Assembly: GCF_004010195.1 (NCBI RefSeq)
Contig: NC_057718.1
Span: forward strand, 27,175,433-27,216,035
From: Chiloscyllium plagiosum
Taxonomy: Eukaryota
Direction of reading: 5' to 3'
DNA length: 40,603 nucleotides
Part shown: positions 10,213-22,490 of the stretch, one piece after another
How positions within the stretch are numbered: position 1 is the first letter of the stretch
Layout: every line of letters starts with the position of its first letter
The notes under the pieces: generated by a model
Databases searched by the model: none
The model's input: the letters and a program-made list of their open reading frames with translations, nothing else
Told to the model about the DNA's origin: nothing
Made by a program: the position numbers and the translations under genes

Positions 10213-11383
10213 TGCAACCCAGAAGGTCTGCTTTGCTGAACTCTGCTCCAGAACCCAGACAAAGTGGGGCACAAAGTGGGGGTCTAAGGGAAAAGGAGCA
10301 TGGGGATCAAATCAGGCAGGGGCCCCCCTGCAATAACGGACGCACTCGTGGCTGCAGCGTTGGCCTCTGCGATCGCCCCAGGAGACTCACCTGCAGAGCA
10401 GAGCCTGATCTCGGAGTTCATGAAACTCCGAGGGAAGATTGATTCGTCGATGGAAGAGACCCGAGCCAGGCTTGAATCGATCTCAGTCATGTTGCAGAGG
10501 CATGACCTGGAGATCCAGCATCTTGGGCAGTGTGTTGGGGAGGTGGAGTAACAGGCCGCGGCTTCCGAGACTGCAGCATAATCCTCGGCAGGTTGGGTTC
10601 AGGCCCTGGAATGCCAAGTGTGGGCCTTGGAGGAGCAGGTTGACGACCTTGAAAAGAATATCGGTTGCTGGGGCTTCCTGAATGGGAGGAAGAAGGCCAG
10701 CTCATCAGCTTTCTGGAGCATTGGCTCCCACAGTTTCTAAGGCTGGAGTCTGAGGTAGGCTGGGTGTAGGTCGGGCGGGCCCACCGGGTCACAGTGTGCA
10801 AGCCCAGATCGGATCTGCTCCCCCACCCAGTCCTAGTGCAACTCCAGCATTGTAGAGACAAACAAATGATGCTGGAAGCCTCTGGAGCACTGGGGAAGGA
10901 TCCTCTGGCTATGGTATATAAAGGAGCACGAATCATGCTTTTTTAGGACTTCTCTCCGGTTGAGATTTGCAAGAGAAAGGCCTTCGATGAGGTTAAAAAG
11001 GCGGCTGAGGGACCTGAATATCTAGTATTCCATTAGATATCTGGCAATACCGCGTCTCAGCCACAGAATATTTGTGTTCAACTTTGATTCACCGGAAAAG
11101 GGAAAGGAATTCTTGGATGCTTTAAAATAGACTGATTGGTTTGAACTATATGGACAATTTTTTTTTTCTTTGTAATTTGCCAGGTTTACCTGGTTGTCGG
11201 GGTGTTGGTCTTTTTTTTAATATATGCCGGGGACATAATTATCACTTTTTTTTTGTTTTCTCTCCCTTCTCTCCCCCTCCCTGTCATCCATTGTTTTGGA
11301 TGGGGGGGGCAGGGAGAGGTCATATATTATCATTTTTTTGTTGTTCTACCAGGAGTGCCTAGGATATTTAATATGGGATTTAA

Positions 11384-11665
11384 TATGGCCAGTAATTCAT
11401 CGGTACTGTGGGAGACTGCCAAGGCCTATGCACGGGGTTTGATTATTTCTTACTCTGAGAATCAGAAACGACAGAGGGGAGAACAGCAATGTTTGCTCAA
11501 GGCTCGCCCGAAGGCAGCTGAGCTAGCATACCTTGATAGGCCGTGTGTAACTAAATTGCAGCAGATTACAGCCCTTACGGCTACTTTGAATGCTGCACTT
11601 ACCCAAACAGCAAAAAGGAAAATCTCTTTTGCGAAATAGAGATTATTTGAGTATGGTGATAAACC
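11384..11665 (+). repeat. 282-bp direct copy of L1 ORF2 segment 12694-12975 in the inter-ORF spacer
   Basis: 3 mismatches in 282 bp by eye. The ORF track shows near-identical peptides (11202..11639 and 12518..12949). Confidence 0.95.
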
Positions 11666-13546
11666 GGGCATGGAGGCGACAGGTTGGGTGCTCACTTTTA
11701 ACTTGTTTGTTATAAGATATTGGTGTTTTTTCCTTACTTTGTGTTTTCTGGGGTGGGGGCACGGCTTCAACTAGAAGGAGTCATGGTGGGATTAATGGGT
11801 GGCATGAGTACCTCCTGTGGACAAGGGGGAAGTCTCCTTTCAGTTATGTTATATGTTGGTATGTTGTAGAAGTAGTTGTTAGAAGTTATGATTTAGTAGT
11901 TTTGGAAGTTGTAAGGGAAATCATTCACTAATTAAGAGAAAATCGATAGTGTCAAGTCTTAGAAAAGAGAGGGTCGATGTAGCCTTGTTACAAGAAACGC
12001 ACTTAACCGTTAAGGAGCATTTGAAGTTGCAACAGGGAGGATTCGGCCAAGTTTTTTCTCATCATTTAACTTGAAAAGTAGAGGAGTTGCGATTCTCATC
12101 AGAAAGAATCTCCTGTTTCAAATGCTAGGCCAAATTAAGGATGAGTGCGGGCGATTCTTAATACTTAAAGCTTTAATATGGGATTTAATATGGGATTCTG
12201 AATGTATATTGCTCCCCACCCCCGAACATCCCTTTAAATTTGTAATGGATGCGCTATCTACATTGATAGCCCTTGGGGCGCATCATACAATTATAGGGGA
12301 AGACTTTAATTGCATTATTGACCCTGAGGTGGACAGGATGCCTCGGGGTCTTGCAGGTATGTCTCTGCAATCCAGGCAGTTGGTGGACCTGAACAGGGAG
12401 CTGGGGTTGGCCGGCATATAGAGATGTCTTCACCCCAAAGGTGGGGATTTTACCTTTCTTTCTAATCCACATAAGTGCTATACGAGAATTGACATTTTTT
12501 TTGTCCCATCGACCTTTTTGAACTTGGTTCTGACTTGCCATATAGCCATTTCTGATCATGTGGCAGTGTACATGGAGGTCAAGACTGATAGTGGTGGGAC
12601 GGATTCCCGGCATTGGTACATGGACCCTTTCCTCCTGAAAGATAGCATGTTTACAGTGCGGGAGTTTAAAATCTTTTCGGATATTAATTTAGGTATGGCC
12701 AGTAATTCATCGGAACTGTGGGAGACTGCCAAGGCCTATGCACGGGGTTTGATTATTTCTTACTCTAAGAATCAGAAACGACAGAGGGGAGAACAGCAAT
12801 GTTTGCTCAAGGCTCGCCCGAAGGCAGCTGAGCTAGCATACCTTGATAGGCCGTGTGTAACTAAATTGCAGCAGATTACAGCCCTTACGGCTACTTTGAA
12901 TGCTGCACTTACCCAAACAGCAAAAAGGAAAATCTCTTTTGCGAAATAGAGATGATTTGAGTATGGTGATAAACCAGGTAGATAACTAGCTAGAAAGAAG
13001 AATGCCCTTCAATCTATTACATCCATCAAAGAGAGCGCTGCTACTCTGACTTGCAATGCTAAAAAGATTAATGCAGCATTTAGAAAGTTTTATTTTGAGC
13101 TGTATCAGTCGGAGGGCTGTGAGGATAGAATGATGAAGATGGAGTCCCTTTTTAAGACCTTGGACCTTTCAGGTGTAACCTCAGAGCAGGTGTCCTTTCT
13201 GAGTGCGCCCCTGACAATTCAGGAAGTACAGGAGGCACTGAGGCTGCTCCAGAGTGTAAAGCGTCCAGACCAGATGGATTTCAAAGTGGGCCACTCTTGG
13301 ATATGTACTATTATTCTTTCAGTCAGGACTGCCTCCCATCTTTGAGAGAAGCAAATATTTCTCTTATTCTTAAGTAAGGAAAAGCCCCAGAAGATTGCAC
13401 TTCGTAGAGACCCATATTTAACTGAACATGGATTTTAAAATCCTGCCAAAAATGCTGGCGTTAAGGCCGGAGAGGGCATTGCCTTTTATTGTAAAGGAGG
13501 ACCAGACAGGTTTTATTAAGGGTCATAGGTCTACCAACGATATTAG

Positions 13547-13626
13547 GGCTTATGCCCGAAACGTCGATTCTCCTGTTCCTTGGATGCTGCCTGACCTGCT
13601 GCGCTTTTTCAGCAACACATTTTCAG
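13547..13626 (+). mobile_element. 80-bp PLE-terminus insertion (3' half of a hammerhead) in the L1 RT, with 16-bp TSD
   Basis: ggcttatgcccgaaacgtcgattctcctgttccttggatgctgcctgacc... TSD cta(c/t)caacgatattag at 13531-13546 and 13627-13642. Confidence 0.85.
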
Positions 13627-16158
13627 CTATCAACGATATTAGAAGAGTATTAAATATGGTCCAAATATGTCTGCAAAGAGCAATCCCAGGTTTGGTAGTC
13701 TTCCTGGATGCAGAGAAACCATTTGACCAAGTAGAGCGGCCATACCTCTTTTATGTCATGGACAGTTTGGTCTTGGAGAGGTTATACCAAATGGGTGGCA
13801 CTGCTGTGTAATGATCCAAAAGCAGCAGTTCTCACTAATGGTATACGGTCAGATAGTTTTAGTGTCGGCAGAGGCTGCCGTCAAGGGTGCACTCTCTCGC
13901 CACTATTATTTACAACGGTGATCGAGCCACTGTCGGAAGCCATCCGGAGGGATCCCAATATAACTGACCCGGAGGTAGGGTCAGGCAGGCATAAAATCAC
14001 CCTCTATGTCCTTTTCTTTTTAACTGATCCAATGATATCTGTACCCTGCTTAATACAAGCGATTAGTCTATTTGGCTTGTTTTCAGTGTATAAAATTAAT
14101 TTCATGAAATCAGAGGCCATGCCTGTGGGGGGGGTCTTACTAGTATATCCAACTTTGGGGATGGAACCCGTTTCCCCTCCTGGTGGTCACAGGGAGGTTG
14201 TCTGTATTTAGGCATTTTTATTACCCCAGTTTTCAATCAATTATATAAAGCCAATTACGGGCAGTTGCTAGAGAAGATAAGGCAGGACCTTCGGTGCTGG
14301 GAAGATCTTCTGATATCTTGGTTGGGCAGAATAGCTCTGGTTAAGATGAATGTTCTTCCTCGCTTATAATATCCTATGACAATGCTCCATTTGATGCTGC
14401 CAAGGCAAGCACTGCACAAGCATTACAGCTGGCTTGGATCTTTTATTTGGCATTATAGGTGGCCTCTTACTAAACTGGATAAATTGCAGCTTCTGCAAGA
14501 GGTGGGGGAGGGGAGAATCTAGATTTTCCAGACTTTTAGAAATACCAATTGAGTTCTTTACTATCCTATGTGGCTGAATGGGCCTGTCAGGATCTGCGAT
14601 CAATCTGGCTAGACATTGAGACCTCCCAGACAAAATGCCCTCTCATTAATTTGTTGTTTATGGACAAGATGAGAACTGTTATGGATCATTGTAAAAAACA
14701 GTGAAAGCATGGAGAATGATGTGACAGCGTGAGGGCTGAAACTTCCCCTTTCACTCCCATAGTAAGAATGTTGGGATTCCAGCCAGGTTCGATGGACACT
14801 GGCTTTAAGCTCTGGGAGTCCAGAGGAATCTCCTGTTTGGGAGATCTATTTGACGGGGCGGTCATGATGTCCTTCGAACAGCTGAGTCAGAAGTTCGAGG
14901 TACCTAGGAAAGATCTCTTTCATTACTTCCAGGTTAGAGCCTTTGCACAAAAAATGACTACATTGATGGTTAACCCCTACAAGTTCGACATAGAGAGGAG
15001 AGTGCTCCAGTCTACAGGCACCCTCTTGGTTAGCACTCTCTATCACTTGTTAGGTAGTAGCATCTCGAAGGACATTGAACGGTTATATAAACCTGGACTC
15101 AAGAATTAGGGGTGGAAATCTCCTCAGATGTGGGAGGATATCTGGGAAAATGTTAGGAAGATCTCAATTTATAATAAGATCCAGGCTATTCAACTGAAGT
15201 ACGTCATAGGGCTCACCTGGCACTGGAGCGGCTTGCGAAAATTTAAGACAGGAGTATCCCCAATGTGCCCCAAGTGTAAAATGAGGTTGGTTCTCTTACC
15301 CACTGCTTGTGATCATGTCACAAGCTCCACAGGTATTGGGATGCCATCACGAGTGTTTTGGCAAAGGTTATGGGAACTGAGGTTAAGTTGGATCCAGTAT
15401 CCCTCCTTTTGGGTCACCCAATGTTTCTCTCTCTTGATACGCATGGGAAGAAATTGTTTAAAATTCTTTCTTTCTGTGCAAGAAAGAACATTCTAATGAG
15501 CTGAGTATCAGAGAATCACCCAGGACTCTCGAGTTGGTGTAGGATAGTCATGGAACACATCCCCCTGGACTTCCTTACAAGTATGGTACACCAGAAAACG
15601 GAATTGTTTTACAGATCATGGCAGCCCTTTTTGTGTTATATTGATGCATATATATTGGCTATATTATTCAGGGCCTTGGTATAGCCATGGGGATTGTGTC
15701 TATCGATGCAGGGGCCCCTTTGGAGGAGGGGGTGGGGGGGAGTCCTGAACAAATATGGGTTTACTTACTATTGCTCCAAGTGGTGGGAGCTTCGATGAGA
15801 TTGTGCTGAGTGCAGTAATTTAATTAAATATAATTTAAGCTACCTTGCTATAAGTTGGTTTAATGTTATTTTGTTGTTTATTTATTTTTCTTCTTTCTCC
15901 TTGGTTATTTATTGAATTGTAGTTTTTGTTGAGTTAGTTTGTTTTTTTTGTGTTTCGGTGGTCTGTGGAGTAGAGTAGTAGTTTGTTTTCTATTATTGCT
16001 ATTATATTTTAATGTTGTCATACTATTTTGTACTGATTTTATAATTTTGTAAAAAGCCCAAATTTTTTTTTCCCCAATAAAAATATTTATATAATAAAGA
16101 TAACAATCTCTCCCTCAAAAGTCAGAAAAATGAAAGAGCTAGTCAGAGGATTCAGAAA

Positions 16159-16254
16159 CGAGAATCGACGTTTCGGGCATGAGCCCTTCTTCAGGAATTC
16201 CAGCAACAAATTTTCAGCTCTGATCTCCAGCATCTGCAGTCCTCACTTTCTCCT
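16159..16254. mobile_element. 96-bp bipartite (inverted) PLE-terminus insertion with perfect 14-bp TSD
   Basis: TSD agaggattcagaaa at 16145-16158 and 16255-16268. Minus-strand hammerhead followed by a plus-strand pLTR end (ctgatctccagcatctgcagtcctcactttctcc, also at 33771-33804). Confidence 0.88.
16163..16198 (-). ncRNA. Minimal type I hammerhead ribozyme motif (ACGU stem III subfamily)
   Basis: Reverse complement ATTC-CTGAAGA-A-GGGC tcat GCCC-GAAA-CG-TC-GATT. GUC cleavage triplet. Confidence 0.8.
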
Positions 16255-17255
16255 AGAGGATTCAGAAAGCAAGGTGAAGGGCTATTTACATCAGTGCAGC
16301 TGAGGTGAAGATGATCAAGATTGTCAAGTTTCTCAGAGTGATGATCGCCAACAATCTGTCCTGGTCCACCCACATTGATGCGACAGTCATGAAAGCACAA
16401 CAATGCCTCTACTTCCTCAGGTGGCTAAGGAACTTCGGCATAAAGACTCTTACCAATTCTTAAAGATGCACTAAAGAAAACATTCTATCCAGATGCATCT
16501 CAACCTGGTATGGCAACTGCTCTGCCCTGGACCAGAAGAAACTACAGAGAGTTGTGAACATAGTACAAGGTCCATCATGCCAGCCAACCTTCCATTCATT
16601 GATTTTATCTATTACTCTCGCAGCCTCAGAAAGGCAACCAACATAATCAAAGACCGCTCACATCCCAGTTATAATCTCTTTCAACCTCTACAACTGGGCA
16701 GAAGATACAAACGCATAAACACATCATGCCAACAGATTTAAGAACAGTTTCTTCTCTGCTGTTATTAGGCTGCTAAATGTGCCTCCCTAATTTCAAATTT
16801 AATGTTGACTTTGCTCTTTGTGCACCTTTTCTGCAGCCATAACATTGTATACCTTGCTCTGTTACCTTTAGAGACCATGTACTATATGATGTGCCTGCAC
16901 TGCACACAAAACAAATCTTTCACTTTAGTTGGGTACATATGACAATAATAAGTCAAATCAAAAATCTCCAATAATATCTATAAATCAGGAGATGGAAGAG
17001 AGAGAGAAACTGAACAAAATTACAATCAATGAGGAACTGTACTAGGCAAGATGATGTATCTGTAGGCTTACAACTCTTTGCGTTTAGATGGATTTCATCC
17101 TAAGATCTTAAAAGAGTTTTCTAATTAAGTAATAAATGCAATAGTTTAAATTTTCCTCAGTTCCCCAGATTCAGGAAAGAGTTCACTGACCTGAGAAGTA
17201 GCAGTATAACATCTCTAATCAAGAAGAGAGGGAAGCAGAATATGATGAAACTATG

Positions 17256-17910
17256 AAGTCGCAGGTAGATAGGATAGTGAAGAAGGCATTTGGTATGCTT
17301 TCTTTTATTGGTCAGAGTATTGAGTACAGGGGTTGGGAGGTCATGTTGCGGTTGTACAGGACATTGGTTAGGCCACTGTTGGAATATTGCATGCAATTCT
17401 GGTCTCCTCCATACTGGAAAGATGTTGTGAAACTTGAAAGGGTTCAGAAAAGATTTACAAGGATGTTGCCAGGGTTGGAGGATTTGAGCTATTTGAGACG
17501 CTGAACAGGATGGGGCTGTCGGAGGCTGGAGGGTGACCTTATAGAGGTTTACAAAATTATGAGGAGCATGGAAAGGGTAAATAGGCAAAGTCTTTTCCCT
17601 GGGGTCGGGGAGTCCAGAACTAGAGGGCATAGGTTATGGTAAGAGGGGAAAGATATAAAAGAGACCTAAGGGGCAACTTTTTCACGCAGAGGGTGGTACG
17701 TGTATGGAATAAGCTGCCAGAGGATGTGGTGAAGACTGGTACAATTGTAACATTTGCGAGGCATTTGAATGGGTATTAGAATAGGAAGGGTTTGGAGAGA
17801 TATGGGCCGGGTGCTGGCAGGTGGAACTAGATTGGGTTGGGATATCTGGTCAGCATGGACGGGTTGGACCGAAGGGTTTGTTTCCATGCTGTACATCTCT
17901 ATGACTCTAT
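17256..17910 (+). mobile_element. Younger CR1 (HER1-like) 3' fragment
   Basis: Highly similar to 193-863. Tail gtacatctctatgactctat. Confidence 0.92.
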
Positions 17911-17966
17911 GGGTCAATTAGCTTAACATCTAACCAGGCAGCAGTGCTAACCACTATGCCACCGTG

Positions 17967-18254
17967 GGCGGCACGGTGGCATAGTGGTTAGCACTGCTGC
18001 CTCACAGCGCCAGCAGACCCGGGTTCAATTCCCGCCTCAGGCGACTGACTGTGTGGAGTTTGCACATTCTCCCCGTGTCTGCGTGGGTTTCCTGATGTGC
18101 AGGTCAGGTGAATTAGCCGTGCTAAATTGCCCATAGTGTTAGGTAAGGGGTAAATGTAGGGGTATGGGTGGGTTGCGCTTCGGCGGGGCGGTGTGGACTT
18201 GTTGGGCCGAAGGGCCTGTTTCCACACTGTAAGTAATCTAATCTAATCTAATCT
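17967..18254 (+). mobile_element. HE1/V-SINE-type tRNA SINE, young copy
   Basis: A box TGGCATAGTGG at 17977-17987, B box GGTTCAATTCC at 18022-18032, V-domain, CR1-like 3' end, (aatct)n tail, CpGs retained. Confidence 0.92.
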
Positions 18255-20647
18255 GTCATGGGGAAGATATTAGGAAAAATCACTAAAGAAATTATAGCTG
18301 TGTACTTAAAACAAGTTCAAGGTGATAGGGAAGAGTCAGCATAGTTTCATCAAATGAAAATCACGCTTAATCAAGTTATTAGAATTCTTTAAAGGAGTAA
18401 CAATGCTCCATCCATAAAGAGCAGACTGTAGACATATTATGCTTGAATTTTCAGGGGGCATTTCATAAGATGCTACATCAAACTTTCATATGCAAAATAA
18501 AAGTTCACGGTATAGAGGGTAACATATTATTGCAGATGTAAGATTGGCTTGTTGGGTAGCAAAAAACAGAGAGTATGCATAAATGGGTCTGTGTTTGATT
18601 AGCAGAGTGTGACAAATAGCTTTTACAGTACATTTTAATGACTTAGATGAGGGGAACAAAAGCTTGGTAGCTAGATTTATAGAGTACACCAAGATAGGTA
18701 GAACATATGTTATGAAGATAGCATAAGGCATGTGCAGATGGAAAGGTAAGTTGAATGAGAGGGCAAGAATCTAGCAGTAGAGTATAATGTGGGAAAATGC
18801 AAAGTTGTACAATTTACCAGGAAAATAAAAAAGCACAGTATTCCTCAAGTGTAGAAAGATTGCAGATTTTCAAGATGGCGAGGGATCCAGGTATTTGAGT
18901 GCATTTGTCACAAAATGTTGGGAAGCAGATACAGCAAGTGATTAAGAATTCCAATGGAATGCAATGTTTTAATACAATGAGAAATTGAACATAAATGTTT
19001 TTGTTTTGGCAAGATAAAAAAGAACAGAATTTGACATAAATATAGTAGATTGCAGAATTCTAAGATACAGAGGGATTTAGGTTTTTTAGTGCATGAGTCA
19101 CAAAAGGTTAGCCTGCGGTTACAGCACCTAATCAAGAATTGTATGCAATCCTCTATTATGAGAAAAATTAAACATAAAAGTAAGGATGCTATGTTTCAGT
19201 TATACAGGATATTGGTGAGACCATATTTTAATACTGTCCGCAGTTTTGGTTTTCATATTTAGGGAAGGAGGTAAATGCATTGGAGGCAGTTCAGAGGAGC
19301 TTTCCCACATTGATACATGGAAAGAGCAGGTTATCTTATGAGCTTAGATTGGACATGCTGGGCTTGTTTTCACTGGAGTTCAGATGAGTGATTAACTTAA
19401 CCTGAATGATCTTGACAACATGCATGTGGAAAGGGTATTTTCTGTTGTGGGTCAGTTCAGAACTAGAGGTCACTGTTTAAAAATTGGGGTCGATATTGCA
19501 GGCCAATGGTGAAGAGAAATACTTTCTCTCAGAGGGTTGTGCAACTTTGGAATGTTTTCTGGCTGAAAGCAGTGGAAGTGGATCATTAAGTCTTTTTAAA
19601 ACAGAGGGTAATGGATTCTTGTTAGGCAGGGGAGTCAAGGGTTATTTGGGGATAGTATGGAATTCAAAACATAAACTAATCAGCCATTATCTTATTGGAT
19701 GCTGGAGCAGACTACAGTGGCTGAATAGTCTACAATTGCTCCTACACCATACATTCCTAGGTTCATATCAGCAGCTATGTGCTATGGAGTCTCTGGGAGA
19801 AAGTGAGCAAAGCCTGTACTGCAGAGCTCTATTACATGGATCAGAATGGCGTATACTTATGTGTAAACAAAATAACTTATGAAGTGTGGCGATGAAATAG
19901 TCTAAGGAAGGAATCTCTCAGATGTGCAATTTGGATCCCCAACCATCATGGCAACCTAACCCCAAAGGACTCAAAATCAACCAGGGATTATATCCGTAAT
20001 GACAGATGAAGCCAAGTACTACAGCTGGTGCTCTCCTTGCCCTTAGGCACAGGGCTCCGCTGTGGGAGGACTCTTATTAGATTTGCACCTTGAAACACAG
20101 GCTGGTTCAGGCCTCACAAAGCATACCTTTAGCTTGTTTGACCAGAAACACCCAGGTGGGGCCTGGGAAGCAAAAACCAGCTCTTTAAAGTATTATGGTT
20201 GCCAATGCACTTCCTTTGAAATGTTCTTTCTTTCTGACTTCTATTCCCATTTCATTGAATAATCATGAGTGTTCAGCCCTTAAAGCCTGCCTTGCTTAAA
20301 ACTCTATACTTCATATCTTCCCCAAGAGTTTTGTAACTTTAAGCTTGAGCAAAGGCAACAGTGGATGTTTCCTACAAGAATCTGCCAAAACAAAGAATGT
20401 TCACAGGTACTTACAGATGTAGATGTGCAGGTTTGAACAGGTGTAGACCAGAATTCACTGCCATTCCTTGCCCAACTTGTAATGACTTTGCTATTCCCAT
20501 TGGGAAACCATTGGGTGCCAGTGATGTTGAAGGGGGATAAAATAACTAGCTCATGGAAAACAGATGTCCTAGCATAAATGGTTGAGAATGGGTTGAAAAG
20601 TGAATGCTATTATATTGCTACATCATTTAAATGAATTTAAATGCTTT

Positions 20648-21672
20648 AAAGGCAAGGATTGATTAGAGGTAGTCAAAATGGCTTTGTGCATGGGAAATCA
20701 TGAGTTTTTTGAAGGAGTGACAAGATTGATGAAGGCAGAGCGGTGGATATTGTCTATATGGGCTGCAGCAAGGTATTCAACAAAGTTCTGCATGGTAGAC
20801 TGATTAGAAAACTTAGATCACATGGAATCCAAGGAGAGGTAATCATTTGGATACAAAATTGGCTCGAAGATAGGAGACAGAGGGTGGTCATTGACGTTTG
20901 CTTATTGGACTGCAGACCTGTGACCAGCGGTGTGCCACAAGAATCGATGCTGTGTCCACTGCTTTTTGTCATTTATATAAATGACTTGGATGTGTACGTA
21001 AGAGGTATCGTTAGTAAGTTTGCAGATGACACCAAAATTGGTGGTGTTTTGGACAGCAAAGAAGGTTACTTCAGAGTACAATCGAACTTTTATCAAATGG
21101 GTAAATGGGCTGAGAAATGGCAGATTGAGTTTAATTTAAATAAATATGAGGTGCTGCATTTTGGTAAGGTGAATCAGGGCAGACCTATATGTTTAATGGT
21201 AAGGTCCTGGGGAGTGTTGCCAAAGAAAGAGACCTTAGAGTGCAAGTTCATAGTTTCTTGAAAGTGGAGTCACAAGTAGATAGGATAGCAAATGAAGCAT
21301 TTGGTATGCTTGTCTTTATTGGTCAGTGCATTGATTGTAGGAATTGGGAGGTCATATTGCCGCTATACAGGACATTAGATAGGCCACTTTGGAGTACTGC
21401 GTTCAATTCTGATCTCCCCGCTATAGGAAAGAATTTGTGAAACTTGAAAGAGAGATTTACAAGGATGTTGCCAAGGTTGGAGGGTTTGAGCTGTAGGTAG
21501 AGGCTGAACAGGCTGCAGCTATTCTCCCTGGAGTGTCAGAGGCTGAGGGGTGACCTTATAGGGTTTATCAAATAATGAGGGGCATGGATAGGGTAAATAG
21601 TCAAGGTCTTTTTCCCAGGATGGGGGTGGGGGGGGGTCCAAAACTACAGGGCATAGATTTAAGGAAAGATTT
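20648..21672 (+). mobile_element. CR1 LINE RT region (resumes at 22936)
   Basis: ORF 20743..21261 contains VTSGVPQESMLCPLLFVIYINDLD and SKFADDTKIGG. Confidence 0.92.
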
Positions 21673-22332
21673 AGTTGATTGATTTGTCATTTGTACCTAA
21701 GTGCAGTGAAAAGCTTTGTTTATAATCTGCTACACAGGCAGATTATAGTAAGCGAGAACATACAGATCATAGGGTGAAAAAAAACCTTAGACAGAGGCAT
21801 ATAGTTTACATCACACAGTGTGTGTGCTAGGGAAGATCAACTTTAGCAAGATCAACATTACTTGCTGTCAGAGAATCCATTCATCAGTCTAATAACAGCC
21901 AGGAAAATGTTGTTCCAGAACCTTCTGGTGCATGGGTTCATGCTTCTGTATCTTCTGCCTGACAGAAGAGATTGTAGGAGAGTATTAACGGGCTGGGAGG
22001 TGTCTTTGATGATGTTAGCAGCCTTTCTGCGATGACAAGAAGTGTAAATGGAGTCCATGGATGGTTGGTTGGCTTCCGTGATGGTCTGGGTTGTGCACAC
22101 AACCTTTTGTAGTTTCTTATAGTCCTAGACAGAGCAGCCGCCATACCAGGCCGTTATGCAACTGGACAATATGCTTTCAATGGTGCACCTGTAAAGTTGA
22201 TGAAGATTCTTATGGACATGCCAAATTTCCTGAGCCACCCGAGGAAGAAAAGGCATTGTTGTGCCTTCTTGACAGTTGCATTTACATGGGATATCCAGGA
22301 CAGGTTGTCAATAATTGTCATTTCTAAGAATT

Positions 22333-22467
22333 TATAGAAGGGTTTGGGGGGATATGGGCCAGGTGCTGGCAGGTGGGACTCGATTGGTTTGGGATATCTG
22401 GTTGGCATGGATGAGTTGGACCGAAGGATCTGTTTCCATGCTGTACATCTCTATGACTACATCTCTG
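22333..22467 (+). mobile_element. CR1 3' tail nested in Rex1
   Basis: gaagggtttggggggatatgggccaggtgctggcagg...gtacatctctatgac. Confidence 0.85.
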
Positions 22468-22490
22468 TAACTTGATGCTCTCCACCCTCT

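Larger units (their letters stand above)
10194..16094 (+). mobile_element. Near full-length, inactivated L1 retrotransposon with 15-bp TSD
   Basis: 5' G-run plus CAAGATGGC. ORF1 remnant ~10300-11130. ORF2 remnant ~11900-15680 with EN motifs VALLQETHL, GEDFN, ISDH, RT motifs FLDAEKPFDQV and GCRQGCTLSPLLF, and CPKC. aataaa near 16076. TSD taaagataa(a/c)aatct at 10178-10192 and 16095-16109. Confidence 0.93.
16095..16966 (+). mobile_element. Rex1/Babar LINE 3' part
   Basis: NLSWSTHIDATVMKAQQCLYFLRWLRNFG, WYGNCS, ending aataataagtcaaatcaaaaatc. Confidence 0.85.
16970..19770 (+). mobile_element. Old CR1 ORF2 remnant(s) hosting younger insertions
   Basis: The host frame is rebuilt as ..NY|GSISLTS|VMGKILG.. 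across the inserts at 17256-17910 and 17932-18254. Degenerate RT motifs continue to a 3' tail near 19768. Confidence 0.75.

Noticed and set aside
17967..18040. tRNA gene (also 5019-5080 and 5960-6030)
   Set aside because: The A/B boxes continue into SINE bodies and tails, and no complete cloverleaf is evident.
18856..19180. Apparent internal duplication in old CR1
   Set aside because: The two segments are too diverged from each other and are more likely independent adjacent CR1 copies.
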